Shown: positions 1-8,344 of the stretch, piece after piece
Position numbering within the stretch: the first letter of the stretch is position 1
Layout: each line of letters begins with the position of its first letter
From: Pseudomonas aeruginosa PAO1
GTDB taxonomy: Bacteria; Pseudomonadota; Gammaproteobacteria; Pseudomonadales; Pseudomonadaceae
NCBI RefSeq assembly: GCF_000006765.1
Contig: NC_002516.2
Length of the DNA: 64,000 nt
Direction: 5' to 3' (one strand)
Program-made: the position numbers and the translations under genes
Notes under the pieces: generated by a model
Told to the model about the DNA's origin: nothing
Seen by the model: the letters and a program-made list of their open reading frames with translations, nothing else
Database searches by the model: none

Positions 1-112
1 GTTCCTGGCGGCCTCGGCCAGGGACGTGATGATCATTGTCGGACTGCTGGCGGTGTCGGTGATTCTCTACTGCACCTACGGCAAGCTCAGTCCGGCGTTC
101 CAGAAGCTTTGA
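1..112 (+). CDS. 3' end of a membrane protein, probably an amino-acid permease (partial)
   Basis: Open frame from base 2 (FLAASARDVMIIVGLLAVSVILYCTYGKLSPAFQKL*) with a hydrophobic helix; TGA at 110-112; followed by CAGGAG RBS of the next gene. Confidence 0.6.
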   Translation, partial: FLAASARDVMIIVGLLAVSVILYCTYGKLSPAFQKL

Positions 113-125
113 AACAGGAGTCCGC

Positions 126-1226
126 ATGCGCGCTCGACAACTTGGCATCACCCTCGGCCTGGGCACTCCCGGCCCGTTCAACGCGATCACCGACGTTCCC
201 GGCGTGCGCGTCGGCCACAGCACCCTGAACCAGCGGATCGACGGCAGGCAGGTTCGCACCGGCGTCACCCTGGTCCAGCCGCGCGCCGGTGCGGCGCGCC
301 TGCAACCCTGCTTCGCCGGCTGCCATGTGCTCAACGGCAACGGCGACGCCACGGGCCTGGAGTGGATCCGCGAAGCCGGCCTGCTGACCACCCCGATCGC
401 CATCACCAATACCCACAGCGTCGGCGCGGTGCGCGACGCGCTGATCGCCGAGGAGCGCGCCGAACTCGGCGACAGCGGGCTGTACTGGTGCATGCCGGTG
501 GTGATGGAGACCTTCGACGGCCTGCTCAACGATATCTGGGGCCAGCATGTCGGCGCCCGCCAGGTCGGCGAGGCGCTGGCCTGCGCCGAGTCCGGACCGG
601 TCCGCGAAGGTTCGGTGGGCGGCGGTACCGGGATGATCTGTCACGAGTTCAAGGGTGGCATCGGTAGCGCATCGCGGCGGCTTCCGGCGGAGCAGGGCGG
701 CTGGACGGTGGGCGCGCTGGTCCAGGCCAACCACGGCCAGCGTCGCGAGCTGCGGGTCGATGGCTATCCGGTCGGCCGCCGGCTGGGCGACATCCCCTCG
801 CCGTTCAGCGAGGAAGGCACCCCGGGCATGGGCTCCATCGTGGTGATCCTGGCCACCGACGCGCCGCTGCTGCCGCACCAGTGCCAGCGCCTGGCGCAGC
901 GCGCCTCGATCGGCATCGCTCGCACCGGCGGTGGCACCGAGGACTCCAGCGGCGACGTGTTCCTCGCCTTCGCCACCGGCAACCAGGACCTGCCGCCAGC
1001 CGACTATGCGCGCAAGGACCTGCCGCAGAGCACGCCGCTGCGGATGCTCAACAACGACCACATCTCGCCGTTGTTCGCCGCGGCGGCGGAGGCGGTGGAA
1101 GAAGCCATCGTCAACGTGCTGCTGGCCGGCGAGGACATGCGCACCGAGGACGGCCGGCTGGTGCCCGCGCTGAAGGGGGAGAGGCTCCTGGCGGCGCTGC
1201 GCGAGACCGGCTGGCCGGGACGCTGA
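126..1226 (+). CDS. bapF: DmpA/peptidase S58 family (beta-)aminopeptidase, Ntn-like self-cleaving
   Basis: RARQLGI..G..GPFNAITDVPGVRVGH, NGNG, TNTHSVG, GSVGGGTGM, MG|SIVVILATDAPL and SSGD motifs; AGGAG RBS. Confidence 0.9.
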   Translation: MRARQLGITLGLGTPGPFNAITDVPGVRVGHSTLNQRIDGRQVRTGVTLVQPRAGAARLQPCFAGCHVLNGNGDATGLEWIREAGLLTTPIAITNTHSVGAVRDALIAEERAELGDSGLYWCMPVVMETFDGLLNDIWGQHVGARQVGEALACAESGPVREGSVGGGTGMICHEFKGGIGSASRRLPAEQGGWTVGALVQANHGQRRELRVDGYPVGRRLGDIPSPFSEEGTPGMGSIVVILATDAPLLPHQCQRLAQRASIGIARTGGGTEDSSGDVFLAFATGNQDLPPADYARKDLPQSTPLRMLNNDHISPLFAAAAEAVEEAIVNVLLAGEDMRTEDGRLVPALKGERLLAALRETGWPGR

Positions 1227-1233
1227 AAGCGGC

Positions 1234-2649
1234 TCAGCGCCAGCCGCGGGTGCGCGCCACCGCTTCGCTGAAACGCACCTGCCAGCGCCGGGCGGTGCCG
1301 GCGTCGACCCGCGGCTGGAACTCCGTGCGAGTGTTGCGCGGCTCCGCCAGTTCGTGGCCGAGGCCACGTGCGGCAAGGGCGGCGCAACCGAAGGCGGTGA
1401 GTTCGTCGAAGCGCTGGGTGACGATGCGCCGTTGCAGGCTGTCGGCGAGGAACTGGGCGAAGTAGGGGCTGCGCGCCAGGCCGCCGTCGATGGACAGGCG
1501 GTCGGTGACCTTCAGGTAGCCGTCCATCGCCTGGATCACCTCGGCGCTGCGCAGCACCACGCCTTCGAGCAGGGCCTGGCAGAGGTCCTCGCGGCGGGTG
1601 CCGGCGTCCATTCCCAGCCACATCGCGCCGGCGCTGCGGTCCCAGTGCGGGCATGCGAGTCCCGACAGGGCCGGGACGAAGGCCAGGCCGCGCTCGATGG
1701 CCGGCGGCCGGTCGAAGCCGGCCAGTTCCGAGAAGTCGCTGAACAGGCCGAGACGCCCGGCCCACTCGACCGCGGCGCTGGCGTCGTAGACCCCGCCGTC
1801 CATGGCGTACACCGGTTTGCCATCGATCTGCCAGGCGATGGTGGCGAGCAGGCCTGTCTCCGGCGAGCGGATGATCCGCTCGCCGCTGAGAGTCAGGGCG
1901 AAGGCGCCGGTGCCGAAGGTGATCTTCGCATCACCGGGCTGGCGGCAGCCGTGACCGTAGAGCGAGGCCTGCTGGTCGACCACCGAGGCCGTCAGCGGGG
2001 TGTTGCCGATCACCCCGAAATGGCCGACGGTATCGCGGATTTCCGGCAGGCACTCGATCGGCACGCCGAACAGGGCGCACAGGTCGGGGTCCCAGCGGCC
2101 CTCGGCGAGGTTCATCAATGCGGTACGCGAGGCGGTGGTGACGTCGGTGGCGAAGGTTCCGCACAAGCGGTCGAGAAACCAGGCATCGCTGGTTCCCAGG
2201 CGCAGGCGGCCTGCCTTCAAAGCCCTGCGAGCGGCCGGAAGGTGCTCGACGATCCAGCCCAGCTTGCTGGCCGAGAAATAGGCGTCGAGCGGCAGGCCGC
2301 TGCGTTCCAGGACCAGCGCCTCGGCGCCGCTGGCGCGTAGACGCTCGATGTGCGGGGTGGTGCGGTTGTCCTGCCAGACGATCAGCGGCGACAACGGCTC
2401 GCCGCTGCGGGCGTCCCAGGCCATGCAGCTTTCGCCCTGGTTGGCGAGGCCGATGGCGTCGACCCGGCCGCTGGCCTCCAGGCAGCGTTGCAGGTTGGCC
2501 AGCAGTTCCAGCGGATCGTGCTCGACCCAGCCGGACTGCGGATGGTGTTGCTGGTGACGCAGCGCCAACTGAATATCGGCGCTGCCGTCCTGGCTGGCGA
2601 CCAGCACGCGGGTACTGGTGGTTCCCTGGTCGAGGGCGGCGATTCGCAT
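1234..2649 (-). CDS. FGGY-family carbohydrate kinase, glycerol-kinase-like
   Basis: Start reset to MRIAALDQGTTSTR at 2649; IVWQDNRT, YFSASKLGW, DQQASL, KITFGTGAF and VPALSGLACPHWD motifs. Confidence 0.9.
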   Translation of the reverse strand: MRIAALDQGTTSTRVLVASQDGSADIQLALRHQQHHPQSGWVEHDPLELLANLQRCLEASGRVDAIGLANQGESCMAWDARSGEPLSPLIVWQDNRTTPHIERLRASGAEALVLERSGLPLDAYFSASKLGWIVEHLPAARRALKAGRLRLGTSDAWFLDRLCGTFATDVTTASRTALMNLAEGRWDPDLCALFGVPIECLPEIRDTVGHFGVIGNTPLTASVVDQQASLYGHGCRQPGDAKITFGTGAFALTLSGERIIRSPETGLLATIAWQIDGKPVYAMDGGVYDASAAVEWAGRLGLFSDFSELAGFDRPPAIERGLAFVPALSGLACPHWDRSAGAMWLGMDAGTRREDLCQALLEGVVLRSAEVIQAMDGYLKVTDRLSIDGGLARSPYFAQFLADSLQRRIVTQRFDELTAFGCAALAARGLGHELAEPRNTRTEFQPRVDAGTARRWQVRFSEAVARTRGWR

Positions 2650-2669
2650 GGTCGGTTCTCTTCGCGGGT

Positions 2670-3908
2670 TCAGTGGCCGGAGGTGAGGAAAGCGACTTCC
2701 AGGCGCCGGGTGTCCGGCGGCAGGCGCAGGGCGGCCAGCGGCACCAGCAGGCGGCGCTCCGGCAGGCAGGACAGGGCACGCTCCCACACCGGGCGACCAT
2801 CGGCCAGGATCCGCAGGCGGCCGCTGGCGGCCTCGCTTACGCGTAGCTGCAGATGCGCCAGGCCGGGTGTCGGGTCGGCCAGCAGCCGCTGCGGCACGCA
2901 CAGCTTGAGCGGACCACTGCAATCGATGGCTATGCCAGGTGCGGCACTCGGCAGTTCGGCCCGCAGGTCGGCGGCCAGCAGGCCGGCGATCCTTCGTCCC
3001 TCGCGGAACGACCAGCCGGCGGTCTCGATCGGCCGGAGCAGGTTGCCGGCGGCGAAATAGGCGGGGTCGGAGCAGCGGCCGAACTGATCGATGCGCGGGC
3101 CGCCGCTGGCCGGGTCCAGTTCCAGGTGGCTGAGGCGGACCAGGCTCGATTCGGGAACGAAGCGTCCGCTGAGGAGGATGCCGTCACAGGCGATCCGTTC
3201 GACGCGCCCGTCGCCCAGGCGTACCCGCGCCGCCTCGACCCGGCCGCGGCCTTCGATCTCCAGCAGCTCGCTGGAGAAGTGCATCGGTACTCCGCACAGC
3301 CTGGGAAACAACGATAGCGGCCAACGCGCAGTGGCCCGTGCGTTGCGTTCGAGCATGGCCACCGGGCGGATGCCGGCACGCCGGCAACTCATCACGGCGG
3401 ACAGGCTGACCAGCTCGGTGCCGACGATCAGCGGCCGTTCGAACGGCTTCAGGCCTTGCAGATAGAGATAGGCTTGCAGCGCGCCGGTATTGATCACGCC
3501 CAGTGGCCGGTCGCCGCCCAGCAGGCGCGCCGAGCGCGGCGTCTCGCGTGCGCCGGTGGCCAGCAGCACGCGTGTCGCGCGCAGACTGCGCGGGCCTTCC
3601 GGGGTGGCCAATTGCAGCAGGCCGGCGGCGGCGAGAGCAACCACGCTATGGCGCAGGCGGATATCCACCCCGGCCCGTTCGGCCTGTTCGACGTTACGCT
3701 GTGCATAGGCCGGGCCGGTCAACAGGCGGCCGTGTTCGCGCAGGCCGAACGGCGGATGCGCGCAATGCCGGGGTATACCGCCGGCCTCGCCGTCGCGCTC
3801 CAGCACGCAGACCCGGGCGACGCCCTGGCGGCGTAGTTCGATGGCGGCTGCCAATCCGGCGGGACCGCTGCCGACGATGGCGACGTCGACCTGTTCAGTG
3901 ATGCTCAT
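2670..3908 (-). CDS. FAD/NAD(P)-dependent oxidoreductase (pyridine nucleotide-disulfide type)
   Basis: VAIVGSGPAGLAAA, GGIPRHCAH, LLATGARE and AAGNLLRP motifs; overlaps the upstream gene by 14 nt. Confidence 0.85.
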   Translation of the reverse strand: MSITEQVDVAIVGSGPAGLAAAIELRRQGVARVCVLERDGEAGGIPRHCAHPPFGLREHGRLLTGPAYAQRNVEQAERAGVDIRLRHSVVALAAAGLLQLATPEGPRSLRATRVLLATGARETPRSARLLGGDRPLGVINTGALQAYLYLQGLKPFERPLIVGTELVSLSAVMSCRRAGIRPVAMLERNARATARWPLSLFPRLCGVPMHFSSELLEIEGRGRVEAARVRLGDGRVERIACDGILLSGRFVPESSLVRLSHLELDPASGGPRIDQFGRCSDPAYFAAGNLLRPIETAGWSFREGRRIAGLLAADLRAELPSAAPGIAIDCSGPLKLCVPQRLLADPTPGLAHLQLRVSEAASGRLRILADGRPVWERALSCLPERRLLVPLAALRLPPDTRRLEVAFLTSGH

Positions 3909-5304
3909 GGCAACTCCCGGTGGCGAGGGGCTGGGCGAGGCGGCCGGCGCTCAGCTCGGCGACCCGCGCGTTGCAGTAGAAACCCTGGCAGCGTCCCATG
4001 CAGGCGCGGGTGCGACGCTTCAGACCGCCGAAGTCGCCGGCTGGCAGCGGCCCTTCCAGGGCGGCGAGGATTTCCCGGCGGGTGACCATCTCGCAGTGGC
4101 AGACGATCTCGTCGTAGCCGGGACGCTGCCAGTCGCGCGGCAGGTGTTCGGCGAGGTTCGGTACCTGTGGCCAGAGCGGCTCGCGAACCGCTTCGTGGAA
4201 GCGCTCGCCCTGGTAGAGACGATAGACGTGGCGTGCGATGCCCAGCGCCGCGGTGAGACCGGTGGAACGGATGCCGCCGACACTGATCCAGTTGCGTCCG
4301 TCGACCTGGCGGATGCGGTATTCCTTCTTTTCGCTGGCCGGTCGCAATCCTGCGTAGGTGGCGGTGACCGGCATGCCGCGCAGGCCGGGGATCCGCTCGA
4401 CGGCGGCGTCGATCAGTCGCTGCAGGGTGTCGCTGTCGACCCGTGCCTGTTCGCGGTCGTCCTGTTCCTCGGCGGTGGGGCCGGCGAGCAGGTTGCCGAA
4501 GACAGTACGGGTGAATACCACCCCCTTGGTCCGCTCGTTGGGTACCGGTAGCAGGATGTGCCGCAGCAGCGCCGCGGCGGCCTTGTCGAAGACCACGAAC
4601 TGGCCCTTGCGCGGATGGATGGCGAAGCTCGCCGCGCCGAGCAGGCGCTGTTCCAGTTGGTCACCGAAGAGTCCGGCGCAGTTGATTACCTGGCTCGCGC
4701 GCAGATCGCCGCGGCGGGTATGCAACAGCCATTCGCCGCCGTCGAAGGCGCCGTCCAGCACTTCGACGTCGAAACAGGCCTCGGCGCCATGGGCCAGCGC
4801 CTGTTGCAGATAGGCGAGCGGCGCGGACCAAGGGTCGACCAGATGTTCCCCGGGGACCCGCACCGCGCCGAGCACGTTGCCGGCCAACTGCGGCTCCAGC
4901 GCCAGGACCTCGTCGCGACCGACCTGGCGGACGTCATCGACACCGTTGCCGTGGGCCTGCTCGACGATAGCCGGCAGGCGCGCCAGATCCTCGTCGCTCC
5001 ATGCCGCCACCAGGGCGCCGGTTTCCAGCAGCGGCAGGTTGAGGCGCGCATGGATGTCGCGGTATTCGCGATAGCCCTCCTGCATGCAGGCCAGTTCGAT
5101 GCTGCCGGGCGGCGCGTCGAAACCGGTATGGAGGATCGCGCTGTTGCCCTTGCTGGCACCGGAGAGGATGTCGGTGCTTTTTTCCAGCAGGACCACCCGC
5201 GCACCTTCCAGGGCGAAGCGGCGGGCCATGGCGCAACCCACCACGCCAGCGCCGATCACTGCAACGTCGAAGATCGCGGTCTTTGTCGCAAGCGGCTCAG
5301 TCAT
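3895..5304 (-). CDS. GlpA/LhgO-like FAD dehydrogenase with a C-terminal BFD-like [2Fe-2S] domain
   Basis: VIGAGVVG, GASKGNSAILHTG, PRKGQF, GIRSTGLTAA; C-terminal CHCE...RACMGRCQGFYC. Confidence 0.85.
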   Translation of the reverse strand: MTEPLATKTAIFDVAVIGAGVVGCAMARRFALEGARVVLLEKSTDILSGASKGNSAILHTGFDAPPGSIELACMQEGYREYRDIHARLNLPLLETGALVAAWSDEDLARLPAIVEQAHGNGVDDVRQVGRDEVLALEPQLAGNVLGAVRVPGEHLVDPWSAPLAYLQQALAHGAEACFDVEVLDGAFDGGEWLLHTRRGDLRASQVINCAGLFGDQLEQRLLGAASFAIHPRKGQFVVFDKAAAALLRHILLPVPNERTKGVVFTRTVFGNLLAGPTAEEQDDREQARVDSDTLQRLIDAAVERIPGLRGMPVTATYAGLRPASEKKEYRIRQVDGRNWISVGGIRSTGLTAALGIARHVYRLYQGERFHEAVREPLWPQVPNLAEHLPRDWQRPGYDEIVCHCEMVTRREILAALEGPLPAGDFGGLKRRTRACMGRCQGFYCNARVAELSAGRLAQPLATGSCHEHH

Positions 5305-5358
5305 CGTTTCTGCCTGTTTCTTTTGGTATCAGTTTTCTTTTTGACCGTAACACTGATT

Positions 5359-5382
5359 TTTCACACAGAATTCTATGTGAAA
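5359..5382. promoter_or_regulatory. Near-perfect 24-bp palindrome, candidate operator
   Basis: TTTCACACAGAATTCTATGTGAAA in the AT-rich region upstream of the oxidoreductase operon. Confidence 0.45.
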
Positions 5383-5488
5383 TTTGTTGTTTTAATGTGG
5401 CAACTGAAAGAGAAACAGTCAATCGATTAATCGACGGGCAGCCACCGGCACAGCCCCGGCCTGTCTCCGGGGCTGCGCGCGAGGGGAG

Positions 5489-6265
5489 TCAGGCCTGCGG
5501 GGTGCGCAGGGGGGCTTCGTGGACTTCCACCCGCGCCTGTTGCAGGGCCTCCCAGAGTTCCCCGGTAGGCTTGCGGTCGACCACCAGGCGGTTGATCCGG
5601 CTCAGCGGGAAGACCTGGAACAGGGCGCGCCGGCCGAGCTTCGAGGAGTCGGCGATAACCGTCAGTTGGCGGGCCTGGGCGATCATGGCACGGGCGATCT
5701 CGGCTTCCTCGATGGAAAAATCCATGGCGCCATCGCCGTTCAGCGCGCCGACGGTGATCACCGCATGCTCGGCGTTGAACCGGGCGATCTGCTCGATGGC
5801 CAGGGCGCCGACGTTCTGTTCGGATTCCGGGCGGTACTCGCCGCCGATCATGAATGCACGGTTGCCGGAGGCGCCGACGCTGCCGGCGATCAACAGCGAG
5901 TTGGTGATCACCGTCAGATGGCTCTGGCGCGCCAGTTCGCGGGCGAACAGCAGGGTGGTGGTGCCGGTGTCGATGAAGATGCTGTCACCGGGCCCGAACA
6001 GGCCGGCGGCGTAGCGGGCGACTGCGCGTTTTTCCTGGGCGTGCTCGTTCATTCGCGTCTGGAAGGCGTTCTCGTGCTCGCCGCTGGGCGGCAGGGCGGC
6101 CCCTCCGTGGAATTTGCTGACCAGGCCTTGTTCGGCCAGCGCGGCGAGGTCGCGGCGAATGGTTTCCTGAGAGGTGGAAAGGGTCCGCGCCAGTTCGTCC
6201 ACCGAGATCCGCTCGCGCTGGCGCAGCAATTCGAGAATGTGGCGGCGGCGTTCCTCGGGGCGCAT
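5489..6265 (-). CDS. DeoR/GlpR-family transcriptional regulator
   Basis: RRRHILELL...SQETIRRDL..L, KFHGGA, EK..VA, IFIDTGTT, VITNSL and ADSSK motifs. Confidence 0.93.
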   Translation of the reverse strand: MRPEERRRHILELLRQRERISVDELARTLSTSQETIRRDLAALAEQGLVSKFHGGAALPPSGEHENAFQTRMNEHAQEKRAVARYAAGLFGPGDSIFIDTGTTTLLFARELARQSHLTVITNSLLIAGSVGASGNRAFMIGGEYRPESEQNVGALAIEQIARFNAEHAVITVGALNGDGAMDFSIEEAEIARAMIAQARQLTVIADSSKLGRRALFQVFPLSRINRLVVDRKPTGELWEALQQARVEVHEAPLRTPQA

Positions 6266-6493
6266 CGTGTTCTCCCATGGGCCGCATCCTGGTGCGGCGA
6301 TTGTTACCGTGAATCGCCCGGTAGCGCCTGGCGGCGCTGGGCGGAAGGGGGCGGGGCGAGGCTTTGCGCAGGCCCGGCGGAAAATCCCACAGGTCCGTAA
6401 GGCAGGTACGCTCTTGGATTGGCCGCCTACTTGACCGTATGGGTGACCAATTTAGGTAAAACGAACCTTCAAATCAACACGAAAACCAAATTG

Positions 6494-6508
6494 TGGCACG
6501 CGAAATGC
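6494..6508 (+). promoter_or_regulatory. Sigma54 (-24/-12) promoter candidate for the EutH-like permease
   Basis: TGGCACGCGAAATGC against consensus TGGCACG-N4-TTGC, with correct GG/GC spacing. Confidence 0.6.
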
Positions 6509-6611
6509 GAGTGTTCGCTTCGGCGGAGCGACCGGCGTGGCCGGCCTCCCGACCAGACAACCAGAAGAACGCATCCCGCTACGGGAGCCTGCCGAGGGGA
6601 GAACGACGCAG

Positions 6612-7847
6612 ATGGCCGAGTTCGGAAACTATGTGATTTACCTGATCATGCTGGGTGCGGTACTTGGCGCGCTGGCTTCCATCCTGCGCCCGGAAAGCGG
6701 TCTGGGCCGCGAGTTCGTCAACGGCATCCACGCCATCGGTCCGGTGTTCCTCGCCCAGGCCGGCATCATGGTAGCCATTCCCTATCTGTCGAAGGCGATT
6801 TCCCATGCCCTCGGCCCGTTCTTCCAGACCCTCGGTTCCGACGTATCCATCGCCGCGCTGTCGATCATCGCGGTGGACATGGGCGGCTACCAGTTGGCCG
6901 ATGCCCTGACCGCCAACCGCGACATGTGGATTACTGCCATGCTGGTGGGCTACACCTCCGGCGCGACCATCGTCTACCTGATCCCGGTCGGCCTGACCAT
7001 GCTCGAGCGCAAGGACCACAAGTACCTGGCGCTGGGGGCGATGGCCGGGTTGATCAGCATTCCGTTCGCGGTGCTGGCGGCGTTGCTGCTGATTACCCTC
7101 AACCACATCCCGGTGCGCGAACTGGTATCGACCGGTTCGCCGGCCCTGCACTACCTGTCGCTGGACTTCCTCGACATGCTTCGGCTGCTGGCGCCGCTGT
7201 TCGTCTTCTGCTTCCTGCTGGCCGCCGGCCTGAAGTACCGGGCGACGGCGATGGTCACCGGGTTCCTGGTATTCGGCAAGGTGATGGACGCGTTCATCAA
7301 GATGGCCCTGGCGCTTTCCATCGTCCAGCACTTCACCGGAGTCTTCACCAAGGTCTTCGGCGGCTGGGGCTTCGACCCGATGTTCGCCGACGAGAAAGAG
7401 TTGTTCCGCGCCATCGAGATCGCTGGCTACATCGGCATCATGCTGGCCGGGACCTTCCCCATCTGCTACCTGTTCCAGCGCTACTGCAAGCGCCCGATGG
7501 CGGTCCTCGGCCGTTACCTGGGGCTGTCCCAGCCGGGCGCCACCGCCTTTGTCATGGTACTGGCGAACATCATCGCCACCTACCACCTGTTCAAATACAT
7601 GAATGCTCGCGACAAGGTGCTTTGCGTGGCCCTGGGCGTCTGCGCCCAGGCCACCATCGGCGATCACCTGGCATTCACCGCCAACTTCCAGCCGACGCTG
7701 ATCCTACCGATCCTGCTCGGCAAATTGTTCGGCGGCCTGCTGGCGGTATTCATCGCCATCCGCATCTCGGTGCCTGCCGCCGAGCGCTATGCGCGGCAGG
7801 AGCAGGAGCATGACGAGGCGGAAAAAAGCGCCCTGCACGCAGCCTGA
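6612..7847 (+). CDS. EutH-family (ethanolamine-type) permease
   Basis: Start MAEFGNYVIYLIMLG after GAGGGG RBS; many TM helices; DMGGYQLA and IGDHLAFTANFQP motifs. Confidence 0.85.
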   Translation: MAEFGNYVIYLIMLGAVLGALASILRPESGLGREFVNGIHAIGPVFLAQAGIMVAIPYLSKAISHALGPFFQTLGSDVSIAALSIIAVDMGGYQLADALTANRDMWITAMLVGYTSGATIVYLIPVGLTMLERKDHKYLALGAMAGLISIPFAVLAALLLITLNHIPVRELVSTGSPALHYLSLDFLDMLRLLAPLFVFCFLLAAGLKYRATAMVTGFLVFGKVMDAFIKMALALSIVQHFTGVFTKVFGGWGFDPMFADEKELFRAIEIAGYIGIMLAGTFPICYLFQRYCKRPMAVLGRYLGLSQPGATAFVMVLANIIATYHLFKYMNARDKVLCVALGVCAQATIGDHLAFTANFQPTLILPILLGKLFGGLLAVFIAIRISVPAAERYARQEQEHDEAEKSALHAA

Positions 7848-7906
7848 AACATCCCCCGACGAGCGCCGCGAGCCATCGCGGCGTCGCTTTCCGCAACGAG
7901 GTAACC

Positions 7907-8263
7907 ATGCGCAAGATATTCCTAGCCTGTCCCTACAGCCATGCCGACGCCGAGGTGGTCGAGCAGCGCTTCCGTGCCTGCAACGAGGTCGCGGCGACCA
8001 TCGTCCGCGCCGGCCACGTGGTATTCAGCCAGGTCTCCATGTCCCACCCGATCAACCTGTGCCTGGCCGAGCTCGACCGCGCGGCGATCGGCAGGTTGTG
8101 GGCGCCGGTGGACGCCTTCTACATGGATCACCTGGAAGAGCTGATCGTCCTCGACCTGCCGGGCTGGCGAGACAGCGCCGGCATCCGCCGCGAGATGGAG
8201 TTCTTCGAGGCCGGCGGACAGCGGGTCAGCCTCTGGTCCGAGGTGGAGCACGAGTTTCGCTGA
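7907..8263 (+). CDS. Small DUF1937-like protein (nucleoside 2-deoxyribosyltransferase-like fold)
   Basis: IFLACPYSH, VFSQVSMSHP, GW..S.GI..E..F motifs; GAGGT RBS. Confidence 0.7.
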   Translation: MRKIFLACPYSHADAEVVEQRFRACNEVAATIVRAGHVVFSQVSMSHPINLCLAELDRAAIGRLWAPVDAFYMDHLEELIVLDLPGWRDSAGIRREMEFFEAGGQRVSLWSEVEHEFR

Positions 8264-8293
8264 GGCGGCAGTGGCTGAACTGCAAGCCGAATG

Positions 8294-8327
8294 AAAAAGC
8301 CGGAAGCGCGAGCGCTTCCGGCTTTTT
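8294..8327. terminator. Bidirectional intrinsic terminator
   Basis: AAAAAGCCGGAAGCGC-GA-GCGCTTCCGGCTTTTT between convergent genes. Confidence 0.9.
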
Positions 8328-8344
8328 CGTCAAGCGGCGAGGGA

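Noticed and set aside
6431-6446. TTGACCGTATGGGTGA as a RutR-type box
   Set aside because: The right half-site does not match GGTCA
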